Below are positions 1 through 11,708 of a stretch of DNA of 64,000 nt, one piece after another. The notes beneath the pieces were generated by a model. It was not told where the DNA came from and searched no databases. It saw only the letters and a program-made list of their open reading frames with translations. Within the stretch, counting starts at the first letter, position 1, and each line of letters starts with the position of its first letter. The DNA is taken from positions 434,001 through 498,000 of the forward strand of contig JABVCE010000002.1 in assembly GCA_014905635.1 (NCBI GenBank), written 5' to 3'. Source of the DNA: Scenedesmus sp. PABB004 (lineage: Eukaryota). A program made the position numbers and the translations under genes.

Positions 1-1664
1 GCGACCGCCGCGTACACGGTCTCGTTTGAGAAGATCGCGGCGCCGCCCACCTACACGCTGCGCGGCACCGTGACCGTGACCAACCCCTGGTCGACGACGC
101 AGCTGCAGCTGTCCGAGCTGGAGGTCCAGGCGCAGTATGCCACCGGGTCCGGCGCCGGCCCGATCGTGGCGGTCGTGACCTGCCCCACCAACGTGCAGCT
201 TGGTGGCGTCGTGCTCGTCAACGCCGCGGTGCCCGACAGCGCGCCGACGACGGTCGCGTGCAACTTCACCGCCCAGCTGCCAAGCCCGGATCAGGGCTAC
301 GTGATCGCCGAGGCGAAGCGCCTCTCCGGCGCGGCGCCGCTCGTGTCCGCGCCGGTCGACTTTGCGATCGGCCCCGCCGACCCGGGCGGCGTGCCGGCGC
401 TCACGCTCGCGCAGTGCGCGCTCGTCAACGTGACGGTCGACCCCACCAGCTACCAAGCCCTCGGGGCGCCGGTCGTCGTCGCGGGCGCCAAGCCGCCGCG
501 CGGGGGCCTGCCGCCGGACAAAATCTGCGCCTCGACGGTCTACGCCTTCAAGCTGCGCTGGGCCGTGGCCACGCGCGCGGCGTGCGGCGACTGGTTTGTG
601 GCGAGCACGGCCGTGGCCGACCCCATCGGCGGCACCCAGCCCCCCGTGGCGGCGGTCAACGTGCTCGAGGTCAACGCCTGCAACGCGCGGGAGGCCGCCG
701 CGCCGCCGCCCGTGCCGGCGCCGCCGACGGCGGACACCGCCGCGCCGCAGGTGCGCGCGCGCGGGGGCGCGCGAGGCCCCCGCACCGAGGGGCCCGGCGG
801 CCGCACCGGCGGCGGCCCGCTGCTCGCGCGGCCGAGCGCCCGCGCCGCGCGCTCGCGCCGCAGCTCACCGCCAGCATCACCAGCATCACCGGCGGCGGCA
901 TCGCATACTCATGGGGCGCGTCAGCCTCGGTCGCGGTGCCCGCGGTGCAGGTGCGCCAGGGCGCGACGGCCAGGGTCGGCTTCAGCGCCGCCGTCACGCG
1001 CTCCGCGGCGGCCGCGCCCGCGCCGTGGGCGGTGGCGGGCGCGCTGCTGCTGACCAACCCCACGCAAGAGCCCATGGAGCTGGCCGAGGTCGAGGTCAGC
1101 TCGCAGGCGGCCGCCCCCGGGGCGGCGGCGGCGCCGTCGCGGAGCGGCGCCACGGGCCGCGCCGCGCTGCCCGGCCAGGCCGACGCGCCCGCGGCGTGCG
1201 CCCCGAGCGTCGGCGGCAGCGTCGTCGTGCCCGCGGGCGAGTCGGTGGCGTGCACCTTCCGCATCCCCTGGGCGAGCCGGGCAACGGGCGCGCTCTGGGC
1301 GAGCGCGATCACGGCCAGCGGCGTCACCGGCACGAGCGACGAGCTGCCGCTCGACCCCGCGGGCGACCCCGCGCAGGCGGCGAGCGCCGTCGGCGCGTGC
1401 GCGGCGGTGGGCACGGCGTGGGCGGCGGGCGTCGGGCTCGTGGCGCCCGCCAGCGTGGCGGGCGCGGGCGGGCCCGCGCCGCCGCTCGCGGCCGCGCCCG
1501 CGCGGGTGTGCGGCGACGCGGCGTGGAGCTGGTCGGCGACGTTTGGCCCCTTCACCGCGTGCGGCCGCCTGCGCGCCGTCGCGGTCGTGACCGCCGACCC
1601 CGTCAGCGGCAGCCAGTCGACGCAGGCCGCCAGCGTCGGCGTGGACTTCACCGTGCTCTGCTGA
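1..1664 (+). CDS. Beta-rich, Cys-containing tandem-repeat protein, 3' part only; possibly secreted or cell-wall associated
   Basis: Exon 1-750, GT-AG intron 751-863, exon 864-1664 ending in TGA. Two similar modules share G-x-[VL]-x-[VL]-TNP, VAC[NT]F, [KR][IV]C, ACG, ADP[IV]xG motifs and a terminal Cys. The gene start lies upstream of the window. Confidence 0.7.
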
Positions 1665-2333
1665 CGGCGGGTCGTCCGAGCGCAGCCCGGGCGCGCGCGC
1701 GCGGGCAGCTCTCGCGCGCGCCGCCCGACACGCGCGCGGCGGCGCGCTTGCAGGGCGAGGCGCAGCGTGTTGGTGTGGTGTTCGAGCTGCACGCCCGGCG
1801 TGTTGCAGCGCCCATACCAGCACCGCCACCAAGGCTGCTGCGCCGCAGCGTGGCTTGGGGCACCACCGCCGGCACCGCGCGCGACGCCGTCGCTGACCCG
1901 CCTGCGCTCGCGCGCGCCCGCGCCGCCTGCTCGCCTGTCGCCGGCTGCCGGCCGCGCCACGGCGTGGCCACTGGCCCGTGCCGGCCCGAGCAGCGCTGCG
2001 CGGCCGCGCTGCGGCCTGGCCAGGCGGCGGCGGCGAGTGATCTACGGCGTGCATGTTTTGGGCTGGACGTCGTGACGCGAACCCCCCGGGGCCTGGCACC
2101 TGCACACATCGCCGTGGAAAGTGCTGGGCCGCGCAGTCGGGCCCTCGCGCGAGCCGCAGGCGGCCTGCCCGCGTCGGACGAGGCAGTTGGCGCGCGGCGC
2201 AGCGGCCGCCGACGCTGCGTGCGCGTGGGCGCGCGCGGCGGCGCTCCCGCGGCCCGCGCGCGGCGCGCGGGTGCGCGCTGTGCGGCGCGCCCGTGGGCCA
2301 GCGCGCTGCCTGGCCCGACAGCGCCCAGCTGCA

Positions 2334-2338
2334 TGTAA
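2334..2338 (+). promoter_or_regulatory. TGTAA chlorophyte polyadenylation signal for the preceding gene
   Basis: TGTAA is rare at this GC content and lies ~670 nt after the stop at 1664. Confidence 0.55.
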
Positions 2339-2643
2339 CACTTTGGCGCCCTCGGGCCCGCGCCGTCAGGCCAGGCTCCCGGCCGCCCCGCGGCGCCACC
2401 CACTCCCGCGCGCCGCACGCCGCCGGCCAGCCCCGCCCGAGCAGCTGCAGCGCGTGTCCTGTCCGCGTGGCGGGCATCACCTCATTTGCACAGTGCCCGC
2501 CAGCGCTCGCCCGCACGCGCTTGGCGGCGTCGCGGCACCGCCGTCGCGCGCCGGCTTCACCCGCGCACGCCCGGCGCCGGCGACGCACCCCCCGCCCGCC
2601 CCCCGCGCGCTCGCGGCGCCTGGCGGCCTCGGCGTGCGCGGTC

Positions 2644-5517
2644 ATGGAGGCCAGCGTCTTGGCGGACGCGCCCGGCATGGAGCGGCAGGCAGCGGGCCTG
2701 CCGGCGCAGCGAGTGGCGCACTTCCCGCCAAGCGCACCGCCCGCGCCCACCTGCGAGGTGAGGCGCCCAGCCGGCGCCGCGTGGCCGGGGGAGGGGCATG
2801 GCGGCCTTGGTCGGCCGTGGGCCGCGCCAGGCGGGCCGGTCACCCGGCCTGGGGGCCGCGGCAGGCCATGCCGGCGCCCGTGGCGGGCGCGGGGCGGGCG
2901 CGGCCGCGCGGGCGTGCCCGGCCGCTGCGGGACGGCCGCCCGCGCCGCCCTGGCGCGGCGCTGGCGCGCGGCGCGGCCGGGGGCGGCCGCAATGCGGTTG
3001 CAGTTTTTGGGGGCAATCTGCCCGCCCCCCCAGGCGCCGGGGGGCGTGGGTTGGCCGGCGCGGCGCGCGCCCTCGCGCCGGACGGCGGCGCTGGCGTGAT
3101 CAGGCCGCCGCCCCGGCGCAGAGCGCCCCCCGACGCGCCGCGCGCCGCTGCTGCTCGCCGCCGCCAACCGCCCGCAGGCCGGCGTGGCGTGCTTCGCGTC
3201 GGAGCTGGAGCAGGATATCGCCGCGCTGGAGGAGCAGGCCGACCGGTGCGCGCACGCGCGCCGGCGGCCGCGCCGGGCGGCAGCGCCGCGCGGCGCGCAT
3301 TGGGCAGCCGGCCGGGGGCAGCCGCCGCCCGCGCGGGCGCCGGCGCCGCCGCTCACCCGGCCGCGCGCCGTGGTGGCGCAGGGACTGCTTCCCATGGGGC
3401 TTCGAGCACTGCAACGACGTGTTCGCGTCCTGCGAGCCCGGCGCCGACGTGGACAGCGACGAGTCGGGTGCGCCGCCGCACGCGCGCGGCGCGGCCGCCC
3501 CGCGCACGGCCCCGCCGCGGCCTTCAGGGAGGCGGGCGCGGCGCCACGGCGCGGCGCGGCGGCGGGATCTGACGGCGCCGCCCGCGCCCCACGCCGGCGC
3601 TGCAGACTCGGACAGCGACGACGTCGACGAGGCGGACCAGCAGCCGCTAACGCTCGCCGCGCGCGTGCGCATCAACGCGCGCATGGTGGAGACGCTGGGC
3701 AAGCCGATGCAGCCCGGCGCGTGGAAGGGCTGCGCGAAGAGCGCCAAGTGAGCGCCGCCGCGGCGCCGCGCCGCCCGCCGCCCCAGGCGCGCGCGTCTGG
3801 CGGCCGCGCTCACGCGGCCGCGCCGCGCGCAGGTGCGACCGCGAGGACCGGCACCGAGGGCTGTGCAACCACCGCGCGACCATCCCCGGCCCCTCCGCCT
3901 GCCCGTCGTCGCCCGAGGCGGCATGCAGCACCGACAGCCAGGACGACGACGACACCTGCGAGCGCCCCGGCGCCAGCGGGCCCGGCGCCGGGCAGCAGGA
4001 CCAGCAGCAGCAGCAGCAGCCGCCCGCGGCGGAGGAGGTGTCCTCTGGCGGGCACAGCCACAACCTCAAGGCCCCCAGCGAGGGCGGCGACGAGCGCGAG
4101 GTGGCCAGCGTGCTCAAGTCGGGTGCGTGGCTGGGCGCTGCCGGGCGCTGCAGGGCACCGCGCGCGCGCGCCGCCGCCCGGCCGGCGCTGGCCCGCCGAC
4201 CCGCCGCGGCGCGCCCTGCCCCCCCCCCCCGACACGCTGCAGGCGGCAGCGCGACCCAGCGGTCGAACAGCGGCGGGGCGGCCGGCGTGGCCTGCGCCCG
4301 CCCGCCCCGGCCCGCGCCGCAGCCCGCGGCGGCCGGCGCGCAGCAGCCGCAGCAGCCCGCGCTGCAGGAGCTGTTTGGCTGGGTGGGCGGCGCCGCCGCG
4401 GCCGCCGCGCCGCAGCCCGCCACGCCCGCGGAGGAGCAGCTGTTTGCGATGCCCGCGGTGTACCAGCCGCGCGTGAAGGACCTGGAGGGCCCCGGCGCCG
4501 CGCTGGGCCCCATCCTGCCCATGGCGCCGCCGAGCTGCCAGCTGGAGGTCGCGGTCGAGGTGCGCGCCGTCGCGGCGCCGCCCGCGCCGCTGCCGGCCGC
4601 GGCCAGCACGGACGCCGCGGCGAGCAGCCACACCGCGGTCAGCGCCGGCCGCGCTGGCGCGTCGGCGCCCTCCAGCCCCAGCTGCGCGTCGGCGGACGCG
4701 GTGGCGGCGGGCGGCGCGTTTGGCGGCGGCGGCGCGCCGGGCGGCGCGGTGCCGGCCGCGCTCGGCCTCACGCCGGCGGCGAGCATGGCCTCGGGCACGC
4801 TCCGCGGGCTGGCGGGGCTGCTGCCCCTGGAGGAGGTGCACCCGCCCGCGGCGCCGCTGGCCGGCGCCGCAGCGGTCGGCGAGGGCGGCTCGGCGCCGGA
4901 CGGCGCTGAGGCCATGGCCGTCGACGGCGCCGGCGCCGCCGCCAGCGCCACCAAGCCGCCCGCCAAGGCCAAGGCCGCGGCCGCCAAGCGCGGCGCGGGC
5001 GCCGAGGCGCGGCCCGCCGTCGTCGGCGCGGCCGCCGCGCCGGCGGCGGGGCCGGCGGTGTCGCGGCCGCCGCGCATCAAGCACAAGCCCCGCCGCGCGG
5101 ACGACCCCCCGCGCACCCTGATGGACCGGGAGCGCGAGCGCGAGCGCGAGCGGGAGCGCGAGACCAGCAGCGCGAGCGCCGCGAGCAGCCCGCGCGCGAG
5201 CGCCAACAGCAAGAAGCGGCCGGCCAGCCGCATGGCCGCCAACCCCACCACGGGCCACTCGTGCACGCAGTGCGGCGCCACGGTGCGCGCCCTGGCCGCG
5301 CGGGGGCAACGGCGCCGCGCCGCGCCGCGCCGCGCGCGCGGCGGCCCCGCTCCGCGCGACGCGTGCGCCGCGCCTGACGCCCGCGCCGCCCGCCCCGCCC
5401 CGCCCGCCCCGCCCCGCCCCGCAGTCGACGCCGGTGTGGCGCGCGGGGCCCGCCGGGCCCAAGACGCTGTGCAACGCGTGCGGCGTGCGCTACATGAAGG
5501 TGGCCAAGCGCAAGTGA
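2644..5517 (+). CDS. GATA-type zinc-finger transcription factor (multi-exon)
   Basis: Splicing intron 5283-5424 gives [37 protein letters not shown], a C-x2-C-x18-C-x2-C plant-type GATA finger. ATG 2644 (MEASVLAD) is the tentative start. Confidence 0.9.
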
Positions 5518-6483
5518 AGCGCCGCCTCGCCGCCTCGCCGCCTCCTGGTCCCCCCGAGGGGGCGGCTTGGCGCGGCGTCGGCGCCGGCACGGCCACGCCG
5601 GCGCGCCGCCGCGGCGCCGTGCGGGCGCCGCCGGGCGGGGCGGGGCGGGGCGGCGCGGGGCCGCGGGCGGCGGCGGCGACTTGAGTCGGGCGGGGCGGGG
5701 CGGTGGGCTGCACTGGCGCACTACAATCGCCTGCAGCTGAAGGAGCTGCTCGGGGGTTGGGGGCGGGGGTGGACGGGCGCCGTGCTCGCCGCGAGGTGGG
5801 CGGCTGCCGCGCTGGCGCGCGGCGGCTGACGCCGCTACATACGCTCGCGCGGCGCGGGCCGGCGAGGAGAAGAAAGGGCGCCCGCGCGAACGCAGCACAC
5901 CATTCACGCGCGCGGCGGCCCGCCTCCTTGTGCAGACATGTGTACAGCACGCCTGCGCTCGTTTCGTGGAGCTGGTGGTGGTGGTCTGGGCCGGCAGCTG
6001 CGCCGCGCGGGCGGCGCCCAGCGCGCCCGCACGCGCAGACCAGCGGCGCCGCTGCAGGCGCAGCGGCGGCCGCGGGCGGCTGCGCTCGACGCGGGCAGAG
6101 AACTGCGCTCGCGACGCGGGTGTGGGTGGTGGTGGGTGGTGGGGTGGGGGTCGGGGGCGTTGTGGCGCAGGTGTGCGCGTGCGTGAGCAGCAGCAGCAGA
6201 GCGGCGGCCCGTGCGCGCTGCAGAGCGGCGCGGCGTGATCCCCCCGCATTGCCCTGTACAGCCGGGCGCGGGTGCGTGTGCGCGAGCGAGGCAACGTGCG
6301 TCGTTTCGTCATTTCGCGCCGGGCGGCGGCTCAGCGGACAGCGCCCGTCACGCACCGCGCCCACAGCTCCGCACAGATCCGGTCCCGCTCGCTCGCCCAC
6401 ACACTGGGCGTGACAGCCAGTGCGCGGCAGCGCAGAGACGTCGCTGCGCGCCCGGGCGCGCGTGTCAGCAGCGCGCGGCGGCG

Positions 6484-9063
6484 ATGGCGCGCGCCGAGGG
6501 GTCCCCGCGCGGCGTGGTCTTCTCACACAGCTCGCTGCTCGGCCAGGGCAGTGCGCTGGAGGAGCCGGTGCGCGCCGGGCCGGCCGGCCGCCGCGCGCGC
6601 CGCCGCCGCCTCGCGCGCCCACGCGCCCCTCCGCCCGCCGCAGGCGCGGGCGCTGGACGCGCACCACCGCATGCTGCACGAGTGCGCGGTCCTGAGCAGC
6701 CACCTGCGCGCGTTTGCGGAGGCGACCGCCACGTATCGCGACGGCAGCGGGCGTTTCTTCGACGGCGCGCTGGACTTTGCCGCCTCGGCCGGGTCGCCCG
6801 CGGTGCTGGAGAACCGCGCCACCCCGGCGGGCGCGGCGCTGACGGCCGCCGCGTCGGAGGCGGCCGCCACGGCCGCGGCCGGCGGCACCGGCGCGCAGCC
6901 CAGCGGCGGCGGCGCCGGGGCGGCGCGTTTGCGCGCCACGCCCAGCAGCCCTCGCTGCCGCTCAGCGCGGCATGGGCGGCGGTGCACCTCAGCCCGAGCG
7001 TGCCGGGGAGCGCCGTGCTGGGCGCGGGCGCGTTGACCCGCGCCGCCCCCGGGGCCATCCTGCTGCCCGCTCAGCACGAGGCGCTCTTCAGGTGCGGCAC
7101 GGCCGGGGGCGGGCAGGAGAGGGAGGGGGTGCACGGCGCGGCGCAGCGCCCGGCACGGCGGCTGGCAGCGCCCCCGTGCGGCGCGGCGCGGATTTTCCCC
7201 TCCAACGGGGCCCGCCGCCCGCCGCGCCGCCGCCAGGCACGCGGAGCAGCGCCGCCTGCTCGAGCGCGCGCGGCGCGCGCTGCCGACCGCGCTCGCCGAC
7301 CGCGTCGCGGCGCCGCTGGCGGCGTGGGAGCGGGAGTACGAGTCCTGCAAGGCCATGCTGCCAGAGGCGGAGCGGCTGCGCGTCGCAGCGGGCGCCGCGC
7401 GCGGCGCGCTGGAGGCGGCCAAGGCCGAGGTGGTGGACGCGGAGGCGGGGCGCCCGCTGGTGCAGCGCAGCGCGCTCGAGGCGGCGGGCGCGATGCCACG
7501 CGTGCTGGTGCAGGGCGGCGCGGGCGGCGCGGGCGGCGCGCTCGTCGCGGCGCCCGCCGCTGGCGCGAGGGGCGCAATGTACGCGCGCGAGCAGGAGGAG
7601 ACGGGTGAGGAGGGGACCGCTCGCGGCGCGCCGGGCGTGCGGCATGCGCGGCCAGGGCGCGGCTGAGAGCTGAGCCGGCGCTGGCTCGGCCGCCCCGCCA
7701 GACGCGACGCTCGCGTTTGAGCTGCTCGAGGCGGCGCTGCGGGTCAAGCTGGCGTGGTGCATCGCGGCCGGCGCGGGGCTCAAGGCGGCGGCCGCCGCCG
7801 CGCTGTCGCACGCGCTGCACGCCGCGGCGGCGCAGGGCGGGCCGGGCGAGGCCGCCGGCGGCACGGCGGCGGGGCCGCTGCGCGCGTCGCGCGAGGAGCT
7901 GCTGGAGCCCTTCCCCGCGCACGTCCTGGCGCGCCTGCGCGGCGAGCACCTGCCGACGCTGCCGCAGCTCTCGCTGGCCGACCAGGCCCGGCTGCGGCGC
8001 TGGGCCGCGCGCTACCGGGAGGCGATGGCCGCGCACGCCGCCGCCGCGGCCACGGCGGCGGGCGCCGAGATGCTCGCCGCCGCCGCGGCGCCCGGCGGCG
8101 CCGGCCCCGGCACGGCCGCCGCGCCCACGCCGCCGGCCACGGCCAGGCTCGGCCGCAGCGACGCGCCCGCGCCGGGCCCGGCCGACGCGCCGCTGGCGGG
8201 GCCGGGGCGGCTGGTGGACGAGCTCGCCGCGGCGGCGGGGGCCAGCCGGGTGCCGCTGGACCTGCTCGCCGCCGCGGTGGCGGCGGAGGAGGCGTCGGTC
8301 GAGGCGCCCGCCGCGGCGGAGAGCAAGGGCGAGCTCGCGTGGCGCCTCGTGCACGACTGCAGCGTCGTGGCGGCCAAGGAGGAGGCCGCGCTGGTGCCCG
8401 CGGTGGCGCAGGCGCGGCGCGCAGCACGGCGCGCGCGGCGCACGCAGCGTGCGCCCAGGCTGACGGCGCCGCACGGCGCGCTCCGACGGCCGCCCCGCCC
8501 GCGCCCGCGCGCAGGCGGTCGGGCGCGAGGCCGCCGCCGCGCTGCAGGCGCGGCACCGGCGCCTGGCCGACCTGCTGTCCGCCCTGGGCGTCAAGCCGCC
8601 CTCGGCGCCCGACTTTGACCTGGCGGTGCTCGAGGTGCTGGAGGTGCTGGACGCCCACGCGCAGGTGCGGCCCGGGCTGCGGCGGGCGCGGCCCAGGCCC
8701 AGCCCGCGCCGCCCGCGCGCGAGACCAAGGCTGCTGCTGAGCGCGCCGCCCCCGACGCGCCAGGAGCTGGAGGGCTCGCTGCTGCCCGCGCTCGCGGCGG
8801 CGCTGCCGCAGCACGAGCTGCAGGGCGGCGCGCGGCGCTACCGCGCCGCCGCTGCGAGCGCGCCCACGCGCCCGCACGGCTGGTTCCTCGGCGCCGGCGC
8901 CGCCGGCGCGCCCGCGGGCGAGGGCGAGGCTGGCGTGCTGGGCGCTGCGGCTGCCGCGCTCAAGCGCCTTGCGGTGGCGCCCGCCCGGGCCGGCGTGGCG
9001 CTGGCGGACGCGGCGGCGGATGCCGCGCGCTTTGGGCCGGGGCACGTGCCGGCAAAGGTGTGA
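6484..9063 (+). CDS. Protein with N-terminal BAR-like helical region and C-terminal degenerate hemerythrin (HHE)-like domain
   Basis: Spliced product includes RVAAPLAAWEREYESCKAMLPEAERLR (helical, BAR-like) and KEEAALVPA..HRRLADLLSAL..PDFDLAVLEVLEVLDAHAQELEGSLLPAL..APTRPH (HHE-like pattern). Needs a 1-bp correction near 6917-6920. Confidence 0.6.
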
Positions 9064-9134
9064 GAGGAGGGCACGGGACCAGTCGCATGTTGTGGGGAGT
9101 TGCGGCGGAGCCGGGCGCTGCGGCGCGGCGCCTG

Positions 9135-9848
9135 GCGGCGGGACTGCTGAGCGCGCGCTGACTGGCCAACGAGGCCCGCCGCGGGCCCGGGGTGTGCACC
9201 GCGTGCGCCCGAGGTGACGCCGAGCGTTGCTGGCTGGGGGTCGGCAGAGCCTGGCCGGCAGCGCAGGCGTGCTGTGCCGCAGCGTGCGCCGGTGCGCCGT
9301 GTCCGCCCGCCACAGCCGGGAGCACACGGAGAGCTCCCCAGGGCACCTGACGGGGGCGGCGGCTGCTGGGCCCGTCGACGGGCCTGCTGACGACGTCGTC
9401 AGCAGGTGCGCAGCCGCCGGCCAGCCCACGCCGCCGGCGAGTCAGCAGGCCAGGACCAGGGCTGCGACGCAGTGCCCGCGCGGCGAGAGAGCACCATGTG
9501 GCACAGCCGGGGGGGGGGGGGGGGGTCTCGCGCCAGCCCGAGTGCGGCGGGAAGGGGCCGCCGAGCCGCATGCAGGAGGGAGGCGAAGCGCCGGGATCGC
9601 TGCGTAACCCCGTGCACTTTTGCCAGGGGAGACCCGCTCGCGCGCCGCCGGCGCCACCCACACCTGCCCGGAGCCACACCGCACTCCTCGCGCCCGCGCT
9701 CGCCCCTCGCGCCCGCTCCAGCGCGCGAGTGCAGGCCCGGCCGAGCAGCGACGTGCGCTCCGGCACGCGTCCCCGCGCCACCCCTCCCAGGCCACGGTGA
9801 GTCGCGGGCGCGCACGGGCGACGATCGCGCGTTCGGCGGCGCGAGCTG
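9135..9848 (+). repeat. Left arm of ~700 bp inverted repeat (partner 11709-12392)
   Basis: Reverse complement of 11709-12392 with substitutions and small indels; the ORF track shows matching peptides on opposite strands (e.g. MLAGGRQSLAGSAGVLC). Confidence 0.95.
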
Positions 9849-9851
9849 GGG

Positions 9852-9856
9852 TTACA
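9852..9856 (-). promoter_or_regulatory. TGTAA poly(A) signal for the orphan gene 10615-11580
   Basis: TTACA on the + strand, downstream of the minus-strand gene and next to the inner edge of the left arm. Confidence 0.5.
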
Positions 9857-10614
9857 TCGAGCAGCGAACTTGAGAACGAGAACGAGACCCTCGAGGCGCC
9901 GCAGGGGCGGCGGCGCTTCCGCTTGCGCCGCCGCGCCGCGGGCGCGGATGCTGGGACGCCACCGCGGTGCACAGGGCAGCACGCGAGGCTGTTGTGGTGA
10001 GTTCCCTTCCCTTTGCGCGGTGCTGGGGTGGTGGCGTTTCGGCAACGGACAGATGGCACACAGGCACACAGGCACACACACGCGCGGCCGCGCCGCGCAC
10101 AATACGTAGGTGGCAGTTCTGCGGCCCGCCCGCCCGCCCGCCTGAAAACGAAAGAAATGCCCCCGACCCCTGTCCCCCTCTCACGCCTCTTGAGAAGCGA
10201 GCAAGCCGCGGCCATCTCCACAAAACGCGCCAGGCAAACTGCTGCCGGTCCGTCGACAAAGTGCTGTTGCCTTGCGTTGGGCGGCCTGCCGCCCAGCCAT
10301 GGCGCCGCGCGCCGCCGTCAAAATCCGCCGCGACACACGCGCGGCGGCGGCGGGCGCGGCGGGGCGGGCGCGGCGGGCCGCGCGGCTACAGGTACAGAAC
10401 GCGCGCGCCGGCGCACTCAGCGCGGCGGCGCGCGCCGCGTCCAAAACTGGCGGCATGGCGCCGCCGTGTGCGAGGGTGCAGGACGCCCCCTCCGGGCATG
10501 ACGCCGTCATTGTCGTCTGCGTCTCCCTCGCCAACCGGCGGGCATGGCGCCCGGTGCCGAGCCCCCACTCCCCCCCCCCCCCCAGCCACATGCCCCAAGC
10601 TGCGCGGCGCCGGC

Positions 10615-11580
10615 TCAGTGCGAGCCGACGAGGCGCGGCTGCGCGGCCATCTTGGCGCGCGCGTTGTCGTCGCGCTGGCGCTTGTAGCGGCGCGCCTCGG
10701 CGCAGAAGAAGGGCAGCTGCTCGGCCTGCAGGCGCAGCGCGAGGCGCGCGCGCAGGGCCGACACCTGCGCCGTCTGGTACTGCCCGACCTGCCGCGCGTG
10801 CGCCTCGGCCAGCGCCGCGCCGAGCGCGCCGCCGGCGGGCTCGCGCGGCCGCTTGGCGCCGACCACGCTCAGCACGCCCAGCACGCCGCCCGCGAGCAGC
10901 ACGAGCTGCGGCGCGGGCAGCGCGCCGCCCAGCGCCGCGGGCGCCGCGGGCGCCGCGGGCGGCGGCGGCGGCGGCGCGTCGGCGGCGAGCAGCTCGGCGC
11001 GGTGCTGCATGTGGATCAGCTGCCAGCGGGGCAGGCTGCCCGCGCGCGGCGGCGCCGCGCCGGCCGCCGCGGTCGCGCTGCTCGAGGCGCTGCTCGTGCT
11101 GCCCGCGCGCGCCAGGGCGGCGGCGCCGCCCGCCGACGCGGCGCTGCCGAGGCTGCCGACCAGGCGGCTGGCGGCGGCAAACGCCGACACGGCCTCGGCC
11201 GGGAGCGGCCGCGCGGCCGGCGCCGGCGGGGCCGGGGCCGGCGGGGCCGGGGCCGGCGCGGGCGCGGGCGTGGCCAGCACGGCGTCGAGGCCGCCGTGCG
11301 CGCCCTGCGCGCCGCCGGGCGGCAGCAGCGCCGGGGCGCCCTCGCCCTCCCACGCGAGCGCGGCCGCCGCGCCCTCGTCGGCCAGGCCGGCAAACTCGCT
11401 CTCCAGGAACGCGTCGAGCGCGTCGAACACGTCCTCGCCCTCCTCCTCGGACGGCTCGGACAGCAGGGGGTGGCGCGGGGGCTGCCCGCCAGACGGCGTG
11501 GCGGGGGAGCGCGCGCCGGCGGCGGCCGCCAGCGAGTTGTCGCCGGCCGGCGGGATGAGTCCTGCTCCGGACTCCATCAT
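10615..11580 (-). CDS. Hypothetical protein with intronless CDS (~321 aa) between inverted repeat arms
   Basis: MMESGAGLIPPAGDNS..EEEGEDVFDALDAFLESEF..LPRWQLIHMQHRAELL..LPFFCAEARRYKRQRDDNARAK with gene-like codon use. Probable 5'UTR intron 11584-11769 (GTGAGT..GCAG) just before the ATG. Confidence 0.7.
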   Translation of the reverse strand: MMESGAGLIPPAGDNSLAAAAGARSPATPSGGQPPRHPLLSEPSEEEGEDVFDALDAFLESEFAGLADEGAAAALAWEGEGAPALLPPGGAQGAHGGLDAVLATPAPAPAPAPPAPAPPAPAARPLPAEAVSAFAAASRLVGSLGSAASAGGAAALARAGSTSSASSSATAAAGAAPPRAGSLPRWQLIHMQHRAELLAADAPPPPPPAAPAAPAALGGALPAPQLVLLAGGVLGVLSVVGAKRPREPAGGALGAALAEAHARQVGQYQTAQVSALRARLALRLQAEQLPFFCAEARRYKRQRDDNARAKMAAQPRLVGSH

Positions 11581-11708
11581 TCTCTGCGGCGGCGGCGTAA
11601 TCGGGAGAGTGTGATCGCGACCAGGCCGCCCAGGCATTGCGCCATGCGCCGGAGCGCGAGCGCGAGCGCGGGCTGGCCAGCTGGCTCCGGCGCGGCGAGC
11701 CCGGCCCG

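Noticed and set aside
8403..8514. Additional GC-AG intron (donor 8412)
   Set aside because: An in-phase GT donor at 8404 is equally possible, so it was not counted.
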